From a virus (Duplodnaviria; Caudoviricetes), in the IMG/VR virus record IMGVR_UViG_3300023181_000033, positions 1 through 58,782 of that record: DNA of 58,782 nt; one strand, given 5' to 3'. This document shows positions 45,620 through 55,707 of this stretch, piece after piece. Position 1 is the first letter of the stretch. Each line of letters begins with the position of its first letter. The position numbers were made by a program, and so were the translations under genes. The notes under the pieces are model-generated. The model searched no databases. It saw only the letters and a list, made by a program, of their open reading frames with translations, and was not told the DNA's origin.

Positions 45620-45778
45620 ATGGCAAAACTTGAATATACCCTTATTGCTGACGTGTCGTTAATCATGAAAGCATACAAGCGCGGGTTTGAAGACGCTTTT
45701 CTGCTGATGAATGATAGTGCCGATTTAGACGAAACGTTAAACATTAACAATATTTCAACAGAAGAAGATGCTGAATGA
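45620..45778 (+). CDS. Unannotated 52-aa acidic post-portal protein
   Basis: MAKLEYTL...AYKRGFEDAF...LDETLNINN; intact homologue of 4449-4611. Confidence 0.7.
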   Translation: MAKLEYTLIADVSLIMKAYKRGFEDAFLLMNDSADLDETLNINNISTEEDAE

Positions 45779-46604
45779 ATTCAAGCAAGAACGGCTAGAG
45801 TTTGCCAGGTTCCACAAGAACGCTGAGAAACAGATGTTGCCTATTGTTCGGAGAGCGTTAAACAAACAAGTTGAAAATGTGATAGCGTGGGTTGAAAACA
45901 ACGGAGTTGAGAACGTTCCTGTTGAAATGCTTATAGATCGCTCTGTATGGCGTAATATGTATCCTCAATTGTATGAGCAATTCGGCATGAGTATGGCTAG
46001 ACTAGAATACTACAGGCAACGAAGTTTAGACGGAGGCGCAACTAAAGCGAGTGCAATCGATTTCCTAAAGTCAGTGTGGAGCGGTAAACTTAGGCGCGCA
46101 GCAATAGAATACATAACCGGCATTGAAGACTTACTCAATCAAACAACTATAGAGAATGTCAGACGCGCTTTGACCAATGGTTACGAGATAGGGTTAGACC
46201 GATTAGGCCGCATAAGGATATTCAACAGAGAAATATTTGACATCAACAAAGGTAGAGGACTGACTATATCGAGAACAGAAACCAGCACAATTGCGAACCT
46301 AGGCAAAGAAATAGCCGCTAAATCTTGGATTGAACAGCAGGGAAATGGTGAAGGGTATAAAGTTTGGTTAGGCAGGATTAAAGGCGAACGCGAAACGCAT
46401 TTAGAAACGAATGACACTATCATACCGATGGGAGATAAATATTCTCTTAGAGGTGATCTATGCGACAGGCCGGGAGATGTAAATTTAACACCGTCTAACA
46501 GAATTTCTTGCCGATGCACTCAAAGTTTAATGGGTGAGGCAAGATATCAGCAATATGTCAAACGTGGTAGAATTGTTAATGGCAAGCTTTCTGGAGCTAG
46601 TTAA
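45768..46604 (+). CDS. Minor head protein gpF-like (unit B)
   Basis: Same length as and near-identical to 4811-5647. Confidence 0.88.
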   Translation: MLNEFKQERLEFARFHKNAEKQMLPIVRRALNKQVENVIAWVENNGVENVPVEMLIDRSVWRNMYPQLYEQFGMSMARLEYYRQRSLDGGATKASAIDFLKSVWSGKLRRAAIEYITGIEDLLNQTTIENVRRALTNGYEIGLDRLGRIRIFNREIFDINKGRGLTISRTETSTIANLGKEIAAKSWIEQQGNGEGYKVWLGRIKGERETHLETNDTIIPMGDKYSLRGDLCDRPGDVNLTPSNRISCRCTQSLMGEARYQQYVKRGRIVNGKLSGAS

Positions 46605-46654
46605 TTATTTATTTGCTATTTCGGATTATTATGTATATTTGCTATTGTAACAAA
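46605..46654 (+). promoter_or_regulatory. 50-bp promoter linker identical to 5779-5828
   Basis: Exact match; contains the -7 box. Confidence 0.8.
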
Positions 46655-46664
46655 ATATTTACAA

Positions 46665-47327
46665 ATGCTCATAAAAGGGATTGCACAAGGGTTTAAGGAC
46701 GTAGATACCAAGCAAGGTATTGTTACTGGATATTTCGCGCATTTTGGATCTAAAGATTCAGATGGGGATATTATAGTTAGGGGGGCATTTTCTAAATCCA
46801 TACAGGAAAACGGGCCAAAATCCAGAAATCCACGTATTAAGCATTTGTTAGACCACAAGCGGGATAAAGCAATTGGGTTGCTGACTGATTTGTATGAGGA
46901 TGAGGTAGGCTTAGGATACGAATCTAAAGCCGGCCGTCATGCTGATGGTAGGGACTTCTTGTTAATGGTAGAAGACGGTATCATTACCGAACACTCACAC
47001 GGATTCCAGATCATCAAAGAGCAGCAAAAATCTGATGCTAATTACATTCAGGAATCCAGGCTTTACGAGGGTAGTTCTCTCCAATTTTGGGGGGCTAACG
47101 GGAACACTCCTATTACAGGTGTAAAGTCTGCTGCCGATATGATTGACGACCTTAATACCCTTGAAAGAGGTTTAAAAAACGGAAAATACACAGACGAAAC
47201 ATTTAAACGTTTGGAAGAAAGAATTAAATCACTCTATAACCTTTTGAAGCCGGATTCTGCCACTTCAAATGATGATGAGCCGACGGATAGCAAATCACCT
47301 TATTTATCATTTATCACAAAATCATGA
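46665..47327 (+). CDS. HK97-family prohead protease (unit B)
   Basis: GYFA.FG.KDSDGDII..GAF.KSI, LLDH, HSHGF, LYEGS...GAN. Confidence 0.9.
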   Translation: MLIKGIAQGFKDVDTKQGIVTGYFAHFGSKDSDGDIIVRGAFSKSIQENGPKSRNPRIKHLLDHKRDKAIGLLTDLYEDEVGLGYESKAGRHADGRDFLLMVEDGIITEHSHGFQIIKEQQKSDANYIQESRLYEGSSLQFWGANGNTPITGVKSAADMIDDLNTLERGLKNGKYTDETFKRLEERIKSLYNLLKPDSATSNDDEPTDSKSPYLSFITKS

Positions 47328-48613
47328 CAAAAGAAGAAATTGAATTGGCAGAAAAGAACATTAAGGACTTAGCCACCGATACCGCACAAAGGTATGTTGC
47401 GGATAACATTAAATCATTCCTTAAAGCTGAGGTAGGCTCTGACGAGGCTAAATCGCTGATAAAAGGAATTGCTGAGGAAGCAATGAAATCCATGAAAGTA
47501 AAAGACTTTGATGGTCAGGAAAAAGCATTAGACTTCATCTTTGAAGAAATGCAGAAGCAACACGACAGCCTAGCTAAAGTGGTTAAAGGCTTGAAAGACG
47601 GTGATGCTACAACTGTTAAATCGTTTGAAACAGAACTGAAAGAGCAATTAGGCGCACAAAAAGACGGCTTATTGAAGCTGAAAGAGACAGGGGAAGGTAA
47701 AGTAAACATTACCATGAAGGCCGCGGCAACGATGACTATTGCTACCAACTACACAGGCGGTACGGTAGGATTGACAAGCTTTGATAGCCAGTTTGCACGT
47801 GTACAACGTCGTCAGCCATTCATGCGTGAATTGGTTCGTGTGTTGACCACTGATAACATGTATATTGCTTGGGCTGAGATGGCAAATCCAGATCCGGGTG
47901 TTGCCGGGACTGTTGCTGAGGGTGCGGTTAAACCTCAAACAGATTTCGACATTGTAGAGCGTACTGCGAAAGTTGAAAAAATTGCAGTTTGGATTAAAGT
48001 ATCTAAAGAAGCATTGGCAGATATTAAATTCTTGCAAGCTGAGATTAATACTGAACTTCGTGAATTGGTTGACTTGAAACTGGACGAGCAAATCTTATCT
48101 GGTGACGGTGTATCACCAAACCTTAGAGGTATTTTACCTGTAGTGCCTACATTTGCGGCTATTTCTACGCTTGCATTGTTGGTGCCTACTCCAAACAGGT
48201 TTGACGTAATTATGGCTGCTGTAGCTCAAATTGCTGCTGCTAACTTTACAGCTGATACGGTTGTTTTAAACCCTGCTGATTACTACGCTATGCAATTAGT
48301 TAAAGATGGCGAGGGACGTTATTTAATGCCTCCATTCTCAACTGTTGACGGTATGAATATCGCTGGCTTGCGTGTTGTAGCTAACAATGGTGTTACTGCA
48401 GGAACGTTCTTGGTAGGTGACTTCAAAAAAGCATCACTTGCTATCCGTGAGGATGTGAACATTCAAGTAGGTTATGTTAATGACGACTTTACCCGTAACT
48501 TAGTGACTATTCTAGCTGAGATGCGAGCAGTATTGTACATTAAAACTAACTGGTTGAATGCCTTCGTGAAAGGCACGTTTAGTGTGGCTATAGCCTCGCT
48601 AACTAAACCGTAA
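47324..48613 (+). CDS. Major capsid protein (HK97 family, unit B)
   Basis: AEGAVKP, KIAVWIKVSKEAL.D, ILSGDG, LNPADY, KDGEGRYL, DDFTRNLVTILAE.R. Confidence 0.93.
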   Translation: MTKEEIELAEKNIKDLATDTAQRYVADNIKSFLKAEVGSDEAKSLIKGIAEEAMKSMKVKDFDGQEKALDFIFEEMQKQHDSLAKVVKGLKDGDATTVKSFETELKEQLGAQKDGLLKLKETGEGKVNITMKAAATMTIATNYTGGTVGLTSFDSQFARVQRRQPFMRELVRVLTTDNMYIAWAEMANPDPGVAGTVAEGAVKPQTDFDIVERTAKVEKIAVWIKVSKEALADIKFLQAEINTELRELVDLKLDEQILSGDGVSPNLRGILPVVPTFAAISTLALLVPTPNRFDVIMAAVAQIAAANFTADTVVLNPADYYAMQLVKDGEGRYLMPPFSTVDGMNIAGLRVVANNGVTAGTFLVGDFKKASLAIREDVNIQVGYVNDDFTRNLVTILAEMRAVLYIKTNWLNAFVKGTFSVAIASLTKP

Positions 48614-48633
48614 GCATTAAAAAATTCTATAAG

Positions 48634-48669
48634 AAGTGCCCTGGGTATTTAGTTATTCAGGGCACTTTT
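48634..48669 (+). terminator. Terminator after capsid B
   Basis: AAGTGCCCTG/CAGGGCACTT stem plus Ts. Confidence 0.75.
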
Positions 48670-48685
48670 GCGTATATTTGTGTCT

Positions 48686-49417
48686 ATGATAGGAATATAT
48701 AAAATAACAAATCCAGAGGGTAAAATTTACGTAGGTCAAAGTAAAGACATTGAAAAAAGGAAACATGATTACAGGTTGTTAAGGAATAAAAATCAAATAA
48801 AAATACATAGATCAATAGTTAAGTACGGGTGGGAAAACCATAAGTTCGAAATAATAACAGAATGTGACCAATGTGAATTAAACGACCTAGAGGAGTTTTA
48901 CATAAAAGAACTAAAAGCTATTAGTAGAGTAAAGGGGCTAAATCTTAAAACTGGAGGTAAAAATTCAGTCCTTAGCCCAGAAGCTTTAAATAAAATGGCA
49001 AAAACAATGAAGAATAAACATAAGTATGATGCTGATTTTAGAGAAAGGTTTTTAAAAATGTGCAGAGATAGGTCGGAAAAGATTAAAGGCGTGCCGAGAC
49101 CTAAAGAGGTGATAGATAAAATAAGAAATACAAAAGCAAAAACGGGCACGCTTACAATGAAAAAAAGTTCAATAGAAAAAATGGCAGAGACACAAAGAAG
49201 AAAATTTAATGAAGACCCTAGTATGAGATCGCGAATGATAGATATCAATAAATTGTCAAGTGGCAATGTAAAACCTGTTCGCTGTATTCTTACTGACAAA
49301 ACGTGGGGTTCATGCAAGCAAATGTGCGAAGAAATGGGTCTAAACTTAAGATATACAAGGAAGCAGCTTAATGGTTCTAGAACTAATTTCACTACATACG
49401 AGTATACAAGAAAATAG
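48686..49417 (+). CDS. Free-standing GIY-YIG homing endonuclease
   Basis: GIYKITN...IYVGQS.DI.KR, E..YI, GLN; basic NUMOD-like C-terminus. Confidence 0.88.
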   Translation: MIGIYKITNPEGKIYVGQSKDIEKRKHDYRLLRNKNQIKIHRSIVKYGWENHKFEIITECDQCELNDLEEFYIKELKAISRVKGLNLKTGGKNSVLSPEALNKMAKTMKNKHKYDADFRERFLKMCRDRSEKIKGVPRPKEVIDKIRNTKAKTGTLTMKKSSIEKMAETQRRKFNEDPSMRSRMIDINKLSSGNVKPVRCILTDKTWGSCKQMCEEMGLNLRYTRKQLNGSRTNFTTYEYTRK

Positions 49418-49449
49418 ACACTCGTCATTAATTTGGCGGGTGTTTTTTT
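49416..49449 (+). terminator. Terminator after GIY-YIG gene
   Basis: ACACTCGTCA/TGGCGGGTGT stem plus T-tract. Confidence 0.7.
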
Positions 49450-49486
49450 ATTAGCTATATTTGATTGTAACAAACATATTACGATC

Positions 49487-49684
49487 ATGAAATTAATCGC
49501 AAAAACTAGATTTTTAAACGCTATGACAGGCCAAATATTAGATCCTAAAGACGAATTTGAAGTCAAATCACAGGCTGATGTGGATTACTTTGTAGGTCAT
49601 GGTCTGGCGGAGGAGGTGAAGGAGAAAGAAGAGAAAATCAAGCCAGATACCAAAGAGGACAAAACAAAGATCAAAACCAAGTAA
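49487..49684 (+). CDS. Small post-capsid head accessory protein (unit B)
   Basis: DEFEV...YFV..GLAEEV; own -7 box at 49456. Confidence 0.65.
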   Translation: MKLIAKTRFLNAMTGQILDPKDEFEVKSQADVDYFVGHGLAEEVKEKEEKIKPDTKEDKTKIKTK

Positions 49685-49685
49685 C

Positions 49686-49808
49686 ATGTCAGGCTTTCAA
49701 ATCAGGTTTATCCGGCTGCTTAATGACTCAGAGACCGATCAATTCCCTGGTGGTTTGGTTGATTTTGCTTTAACATTGGATTTCACAAAAATAGTAAACT
49801 TTACATAA
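49686..49808 (+). CDS. Unannotated 40-aa protein (homologue of 8488-8610)
   Basis: MSGFQIRFIRLLNDSETDQFPGG...; TAATG coupling. Confidence 0.75.
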   Translation: MSGFQIRFIRLLNDSETDQFPGGLVDFALTLDFTKIVNFT

Positions 49809-50617
49809 TGGCGAATACACCAGTAACTAACGGCATGACTGTTGCTCAAATGGTAGCAATCATCAATACAATAGGCGTACAGGGGGATAATTCAGCACTG
49901 TCAATAGCAGAGCTGATATCTACCATGAGTACAAAGCTAAATGCAGCACAGGTACAAGCCTTGATTGATGCTTCTAGTGGAGGCGGTGGCGGTTCTGAAA
50001 CGAGGGAAAGCATTTTACTGAAGTTAGGCATTAGTGACATTTCTGGCGTAAATACCGGAGATCAGGACTTGACGGCGATTATCAGTGCATTAGCAGGTAA
50101 AGCAAGTCAAACTGATTTCAACAACCTGCAAACGGCTTATAATGCCTATGTAACGTCAAATAACAATGCGGTCGCAAGTAAAGTAGCACAATCGGTATAT
50201 GACACATTCGTTTCGGCTTACAATACGGCTATTGCGGCTAAGGTGGATACCGCTACGTACAACACCAATAAAACGAATACCGATGCGGCAATAGCAGCTT
50301 TAACGCCTACTGCTTTTAAAGATATTAATGGTAACTATACGTTTATACTTGCAGATGTCAAATCTAAGGGGCTTAGAAGTACTTCAGGGACATCCGCTAC
50401 GTGGACTATACCATTAAATACTACGGCTGCCTTTGCGGTTGAAGATACTATTCAAATTATTCAAAGAGGGGCTGGTGGCGTATTAATATCGCCTGCTGCG
50501 GGAGTTACTTTGGTTCAGATAGATAATAAATTTACCACTCGTGGGCCTGGAGCGGTCGCTGCATTACAGAAACAGGCATTAAATGAGTGGCTATTGATAG
50601 GGGATCTTTCGTTATGA
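49808..50617 (+). CDS. Head-region fibre N-terminal/adaptor protein (unit B)
   Basis: Shares QVQALIDAS.GGGGGSET.ESILLKLG...NTGDQDL with 8610; ends in TIP...Q.GAG...W.L.GDL domain. Confidence 0.7.
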   Translation: MANTPVTNGMTVAQMVAIINTIGVQGDNSALSIAELISTMSTKLNAAQVQALIDASSGGGGGSETRESILLKLGISDISGVNTGDQDLTAIISALAGKASQTDFNNLQTAYNAYVTSNNNAVASKVAQSVYDTFVSAYNTAIAAKVDTATYNTNKTNTDAAIAALTPTAFKDINGNYTFILADVKSKGLRSTSGTSATWTIPLNTTAAFAVEDTIQIIQRGAGGVLISPAAGVTLVQIDNKFTTRGPGAVAALQKQALNEWLLIGDLSL

Positions 50618-52260
50618 TGATTGGTAATTTGGGGGTGCAAACTCAAAGAGAGACACCATCCGCGATATTAAACATCGACAGTAAAAAATGGTCTTATAAC
50701 CCATTCAACTATACAAGCGGATTATTTTCTTACCCTGCTGCATTTGCACAAATTGCTTTTAAAACTACATCTACCGCTTTAAATGTAACTGGTGGTGGCA
50801 ACGCTACGGCAACACAGATAGAATTTACCGTGTATATAGATGGGGTATTTAATCAATATGTGTCTTACGCCTCAGATACTTTGAATACTGAGGTTGTAAA
50901 ATCAATAACGCTACCGGTGGGTAATAAAACAGTTATTATACTAAGTGGCACCAGGGTCATTAACGCTGGTGTTATACAAGGCAACTTCTTAACCAAAATA
51001 CAAGCTACGGACGGGGCTGTTATTCAATTTATAACTCCTAAAAATGGCACAGATAGAGTCGGTTATTTAGGTGACAGCATAAGTGTTAGCCAAACATCGG
51101 TGCATCCCTTTACGTCAGGGAGTATAGGGTATATCAGAACAAGTGCCACTTTTACCAAAACAATAGCTTCATACGGGTATGGAAGTTTAGAGTTATTTGA
51201 TTTGGTAGGGACACAACCAAAAATGACAGCAGTAATTAACAATTTAATCACCTATTATAGTAACTGCTTAGGCGAAACAAGTCTTATAATTCAATTAAGT
51301 ACAAACGATTATGGCCACAATGTAATTAATGCCGCAGACTTTCAAACTCTATATAATACATTTTTAGATCAATTGATCGCAGCAATGCCATCACTTAAAA
51401 TTACATGTATTACGGCTTTTGCTAGAACTAATGAAGCAGCAAACGGTCTTGGGAGTACATTAGAAATGTATAGAATAGCCATTAGGAATGCGGTAGTAGG
51501 CAGACCATATGCCAAAATACTAGAAGGGTCGTCGATTTTTAACGCGAGTAACTTAAGCGGAGACGGCATACATCCAAGTGACCCTGATGGATACAGACAG
51601 ATAGGGGTTGGGCTAGTCAAATCTATCATGAACATCCCCGAAGCTGCACCTACTGGCTCCTACGTATTAACAGCGGCCAGTGCTACTGGATTTGCTACAA
51701 TCCCAGCCTCAACAACGATTGCATTAGGAGGCAGAACAAATTGGACGGTAAGTTTGAAGGGTAGAAGAACTAGAGAGGGTGTTAATGATTGGTTTTTTTC
51801 CCAAGGAAACACAAATGCAGCTTTAAAAGTGTTTTTCTTAGGGTCGTCAGTCGGTAATAAAATAGTCGCCAATTTTCTTGGTACCACGATTACATCTAAC
51901 ATTGCTATTATAGACCAAAAATGGCATACGTACCATGTTGTAAAGGAAGGGTTGTTTGTTGTACTATATCAAGATGGTGTAAACGTAGGTTCTGTTACCT
52001 TGCCTGGGGATTTTACAGGTACTTCTGATTCATATGTAGGCAAGGCGGTTACTACATATGGACAGGTGAATGTAGATGATTTAAGAATCTTTGACATCGC
52101 ATTAACACCTAGTCAGATACTAGCAGACATAGCAACTGTTACGCCAACTGATTTTACAAACATATTGGCAGCTTATAATTTTAACGGAAATATTACGGAC
52201 ATTAGCGGTAAAGGCCACAACGGTACATTAGGTGCGGCCGCTTCATACGTAACAGCATAA
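50614..52260 (+). CDS. SGNH hydrolase plus LamG/ConA-like protein
   Basis: YLGDSI, STND, DGIHP; WHTYHVV...DDLRIFDIALT...YNFNG. Confidence 0.78.
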   Translation: MMIGNLGVQTQRETPSAILNIDSKKWSYNPFNYTSGLFSYPAAFAQIAFKTTSTALNVTGGGNATATQIEFTVYIDGVFNQYVSYASDTLNTEVVKSITLPVGNKTVIILSGTRVINAGVIQGNFLTKIQATDGAVIQFITPKNGTDRVGYLGDSISVSQTSVHPFTSGSIGYIRTSATFTKTIASYGYGSLELFDLVGTQPKMTAVINNLITYYSNCLGETSLIIQLSTNDYGHNVINAADFQTLYNTFLDQLIAAMPSLKITCITAFARTNEAANGLGSTLEMYRIAIRNAVVGRPYAKILEGSSIFNASNLSGDGIHPSDPDGYRQIGVGLVKSIMNIPEAAPTGSYVLTAASATGFATIPASTTIALGGRTNWTVSLKGRRTREGVNDWFFSQGNTNAALKVFFLGSSVGNKIVANFLGTTITSNIAIIDQKWHTYHVVKEGLFVVLYQDGVNVGSVTLPGDFTGTSDSYVGKAVTTYGQVNVDDLRIFDIALTPSQILADIATVTPTDFTNILAAYNFNGNITDISGKGHNGTLGAAASYVTA

Positions 52261-52271
52261 ATAAAACTAAC

Positions 52272-52820
52272 ATGGAACCAGTAACCTTACAAGAGATAAA
52301 AGCTTTCCTACGCATTGACGCTGACTATGTTGCTGAGGATAGTTTCCTGGAACTTACTGCGGGTGCAGCAAGGCAGATTATGCAGGATGAATTGAACATA
52401 GGACTTGTGCCGATGGAATTAGAGTTTCAATGGAACGGCCGTAAGCAAGAATTACCGTTAAGCCCTACTATTACTATTGTCAGCGTGAAAGATAGCGAAG
52501 GAGCAGATGTAGAATATGCTACAGACGGTTACCAAGCTAAATCTGTATGGGTGAATTGGAACGGTAATTCTGAAGGGCAATGGTTTTACTCTATATCTGG
52601 AGGTTATGCTGAATACACGCCATTTGGCCGTGTAGGAGACGAACCGTTGTACAAGTGCATCTATCAAACTGGCTATGAAGTATTACCTCAGACGCTTAAA
52701 TTAGCTTTGTTAGCACAAATTGACCACATGTATAAGTTACGTGGACAGCCAGAGGGGTCAATGGTTAGTCAGACCGCCTTAAACATGGCAAGTCGGTACT
52801 CTAGGAATTTGGTGATATGA
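52272..52820 (+). CDS. Head-tail connector (unit B)
   Basis: Near-identical to 10790-11338. Confidence 0.88.
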   Translation: MEPVTLQEIKAFLRIDADYVAEDSFLELTAGAARQIMQDELNIGLVPMELEFQWNGRKQELPLSPTITIVSVKDSEGADVEYATDGYQAKSVWVNWNGNSEGQWFYSISGGYAEYTPFGRVGDEPLYKCIYQTGYEVLPQTLKLALLAQIDHMYKLRGQPEGSMVSQTALNMASRYSRNLVI

Positions 52821-53167
52821 AAAAAAAGCTAATCACGTCTGGCGATTTAAACCAAAGTATTGAGATATATAAGCAGTCACTTGTCGAAGATGGCAGCGGT
52901 GGCACTTACCCCTTAGACGTCCTATATTGGGCTACTTCAGCTATGACAGATCAGATTAGGGCAGGTAGGACATTGCAGGCTTTACAGGATATACTAACAC
53001 CGGCAGTAACGTTTACAGTGCGCTATAGGCAAGATAAGTTTATAACGCCTGATATGCGTATTAAATGGAGAGGGCAATATTTTACAGTTATTACCGCTGA
53101 GGTGGATTTCGTAGCGAAGGAATGGCTGGTTATTATTGGTAGGGCTGAAGCTTTGCCGGAGAGGTAA
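52817..53167 (+). CDS. Head closure protein (unit B)
   Basis: Homologue of 11335-11685. Confidence 0.88.
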   Translation: MKKKLITSGDLNQSIEIYKQSLVEDGSGGTYPLDVLYWATSAMTDQIRAGRTLQALQDILTPAVTFTVRYRQDKFITPDMRIKWRGQYFTVITAEVDFVAKEWLVIIGRAEALPER

Positions 53168-53202
53168 TAAAAAAGCCCACCTGAACTTAATCGGGTGGGC
53201 TA
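53168..53202 (-). terminator. Terminator between convergent genes
   Basis: A-tract plus AGCCCACC/GGTGGGCT stem. Confidence 0.7.
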
Positions 53203-53237
53203 ATAATCCCGACTGAACTATCAGGAAACAGGCAGAA

Positions 53238-53606
53238 TTAATGAAATTCTAATCTTTGTTTTTTCTCTAATGCCAACTTGCAACCATCAATAAATGTTTG
53301 AGTTTTCTCTGCGTAATTACCGATATGCCCGCCGCCATCTTCTTTTTCTAGAAAAGGCAATATTTTAGTTAAAGCATCAATAATACCAGGTAATTTTGAC
53401 CTATTAATATAGCCATCGCAATCAGAATGATAAAGCAAAGGTGTTAATGGATGTTTTGTATCAAACTTTATAGCGTTTTTATCATCAGTAAAACCTTCCA
53501 TTTTATTTAAATCAGGTAATCCTGAGACTTCTGCAATTTTCATTCTCCACCTCATGAATGCGCTATAAGCCCCGTGCCAAGCATTGTGTGAAATATCTAA
53601 TCCCAT
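53238..53606 (-). CDS. Moron hypothetical protein occupying the Imm5-like slot
   Basis: MGLD...W.G.YS.F..WR..IA, LL.HSDCDG, FI.GC..A. Confidence 0.75.
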   Translation of the reverse strand: MGLDISHNAWHGAYSAFMRWRMKIAEVSGLPDLNKMEGFTDDKNAIKFDTKHPLTPLLYHSDCDGYINRSKLPGIIDALTKILPFLEKEDGGGHIGNYAEKTQTFIDGCKLALEKKQRLEFH

Positions 53607-53690
53607 TTTGATAGTTTTTTATATAGCTGAATTGCTACGATACAAATGTAACTACTAATCCTTATATTTGAATGTAACAAGTTAGGTACA

Positions 53691-54200
53691 ATGGCAAAAG
53701 TATTTAGGAATTTCGGGGACATGTCTGCTGCACTTAAAAAGGTTACTGAGGATTTTGCTAAGGAGGCGCGGGGCTTGGTTGAATATAACCTTGGAGAACT
53801 TGAGTTGCAAGCAATACGCGACGCTCCGGCATCAGGTGACCCTATAGCCACAGAGTACGGTAATGAATCTCAGGAAGATATAGCAAGAGGTAGGGCGTGG
53901 ACTCCAATAAACCAGGCAATAGGATATGCACTTGATGTGCCAAGTAAGGGGCTTAAAGGAACCGTATACGTTGATAAATCTGCAGGCAACATTGTGGCAT
54001 TTGTGGAATTTGGGACTGGTCAATCAGCAGCATACTATGTAAACACGCTCCCTCCAGAGTTTCAGGCTACCGCGCGCAAATTTTTCGTGAATGGCAAGGG
54101 CAAGATACTCGCAAAACCATTTTTACTTCCTGCATTTTTTAAATACAGCGTCCAATTCAAAAAAGAAATGGCTGAGGCCGTTAAAAACATATCATTCTGA
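53691..54200 (+). CDS. Neck protein HK97 gp10-like (unit B)
   Basis: Homologue of 12448-12957. Confidence 0.82.
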   Translation: MAKVFRNFGDMSAALKKVTEDFAKEARGLVEYNLGELELQAIRDAPASGDPIATEYGNESQEDIARGRAWTPINQAIGYALDVPSKGLKGTVYVDKSAGNIVAFVEFGTGQSAAYYVNTLPPEFQATARKFFVNGKGKILAKPFLLPAFFKYSVQFKKEMAEAVKNISF

Positions 54201-54670
54201 TGAAAAGCACAACATTGCCAATCCGCAAAGCCTTCTACCAAGTCATTAACACTGACCTGAAATACCAAAACGTAACTATTCCGGTATACGAGGAATATAT
54301 TCCGGCCGCTGCTAAGCCTGCAGTATTGATTTTCAACAATCAAACGGTAAAGGCTTATGTCATCTTGCTAAACCAGACGAGTAACTTTGATCCGGTTTTG
54401 AAGTGCGTTAGAAATGACCAATCGTCCATACAGGTACAAGTAACTACTCAATTTCCATCTGGAACGGGCGGTTCTGAGCTGGCTGAATTGATAGGGGACT
54501 TGATTAAGGCTAAGATATTCCCAACGGCAAATACGAACGCTCTACAATTAGATCCGGCATTCAAACTTTGGAAATGTAGCTATGAATCGGGGCGTAACAT
54601 CCCATATGACACTGAAACTAACCGAGTATGGGTGCATCAAATGACATTTCTTTGCTATGTTGCGCAGTGA
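54200..54670 (+). CDS. Tail terminator (unit B)
   Basis: Near-identical to 12957-13427. Confidence 0.75.
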   Translation: MKSTTLPIRKAFYQVINTDLKYQNVTIPVYEEYIPAAAKPAVLIFNNQTVKAYVILLNQTSNFDPVLKCVRNDQSSIQVQVTTQFPSGTGGSELAELIGDLIKAKIFPTANTNALQLDPAFKLWKCSYESGRNIPYDTETNRVWVHQMTFLCYVAQ

Positions 54671-54809
54671 TTTAGAAGCTCAGGCAGAGGTTTTATATCC
54701 AATGCCCGAGCGGTGTTGTGATTGGAAGCGCAAAAAGATTATTTGGCTTCGGATGAAGTGGGTTGAGAAACAGCAGACTATACTTTATAAATCAACTTCG
54801 AATAATTGA
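54657..54809 (+). CDS. Unannotated 50-aa protein (homologue of 13414-13587)
   Basis: Synonymous-only divergence over the first 38 codons. Confidence 0.7.
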   Translation: MLRSDLEAQAEVLYPMPERCCDWKRKKIIWLRMKWVEKQQTILYKSTSNN

Positions 54810-54990
54810 TTTTCTTACCCAATACAATATAAGAATTAAACCAACCCGTAAAAGGAAGCACAAAATATAATATACCATAACCTTTAATTGTCCATTTTTT
54901 TCTATCTGTTTCGCCATTAGCATCATAAGAAGCATAAACCCTTATGAATAAAAATTGAACTATATAATTCACGCAACCTAGTAATGTCAT
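54778..54990 (-). CDS. Small moron protein
   Basis: ORF track. Confidence 0.55.
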   Translation of the reverse strand: MTLLGCVNYIVQFLFIRVYASYDANGETDRKKWTIKGYGILYFVLPFTGWFNSYIVLGKKINYSKLIYKV

Positions 54991-55166
54991 TGTTGTTCAC
55001 CTCCTTCCTCACTCAACTTTGCCAGTCTTTCTTGCCTCCTATTCGGTAAAGGCTTAGCATCGCTTGACGACTGTTCATTTCGTTCAGTCCTTACCAATTT
55101 GCTTATCTTTTGCTCTAAAACCTGAACGCGTTGTTCTAGGGAGCTGATTTGTTCTTTTTGTGTCAT
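54987..55166 (-). CDS. Small coiled-coil moron protein (homologue of 13771-13953)
   Basis: MTQKEQISSLEQRVQVLEQK. Confidence 0.7.
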   Translation of the reverse strand: MTQKEQISSLEQRVQVLEQKISKLVRTERNEQSSSDAKPLPNRRQERLAKLSEEGGEQQ

Positions 55167-55456
55167 ATAGAAATATTCAATAGTCTAATAATTGTAAAAT
55201 AATCATCTTCAGTTAATTCTGGATTTAAAGTAAAAAATGAACGCTCCGGGGTTTCGTTTATCCAGTGCAATTCTGAAATGCTAAAGGATCCGTACAAGCC
55301 TATTGAGCAAACTAAACTTGAATTCTTTATATGTTTAAAAGTTTCATATAAAGGTTTTTCTTCTTCTAAGACCCAGCCTTTAGAAAGTAGGAATTTTCTG
55401 TTAATCTTTATTTTCTCTTGAGCTTGTATGCTAAATGGTGTTGTTGGGGTTTTCAT
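55163..55456 (-). CDS. Moron hypothetical protein (unit B only)
   Basis: ORF inserted between two genes that are adjacent in unit A. Confidence 0.6.
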   Translation of the reverse strand: MKTPTTPFSIQAQEKIKINRKFLLSKGWVLEEEKPLYETFKHIKNSSLVCSIGLYGSFSISELHWINETPERSFFTLNPELTEDDYFTIIRLLNISI

Positions 55457-55458
55457 AT

Positions 55459-55704
55459 CTATTCTTCTTCTAATTTATGTATTCCAGGAATATGCACGTA
55501 ATTAATCGGCTTCATCTTCTGGTCGTGTTTCATTGTTTTGCCTTTGTTTTGGTGACCATTGTGAAATTTAGTGCAATGCGGGCACTTATAACTAACCATC
55601 CGTTTCTTTTTACACCCCTTGTTGATATTGGCTACAGATGAATTTGCCTGTTCTGCTGTATCATAGGATATCTTGCCTAAGCATGCGTTTTCGGTTCGGA
55701 TCAT
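55459..55704 (-). CDS. Small Zn-ribbon protein (homologue of 13956-14201)
   Basis: YKCPHCTKFH. Confidence 0.75.
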   Translation of the reverse strand: MIRTENACLGKISYDTAEQANSSVANINKGCKKKRMVSYKCPHCTKFHNGHQNKGKTMKHDQKMKPINYVHIPGIHKLEEE

Positions 55705-55707
55705 AGG

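Noticed and set aside
48614-49450. Group I intron in the capsid gene
   Set aside because: Capsid B ends normally with a stop and terminator; the endonuclease is intergenic.
48898-49566. 222-aa antisense ORF and similar antisense ORFs (6731-7195, 17615-18238, 35042-35473)
   Set aside because: They overlap well-supported genes on the other strand and have no recognisable motifs.
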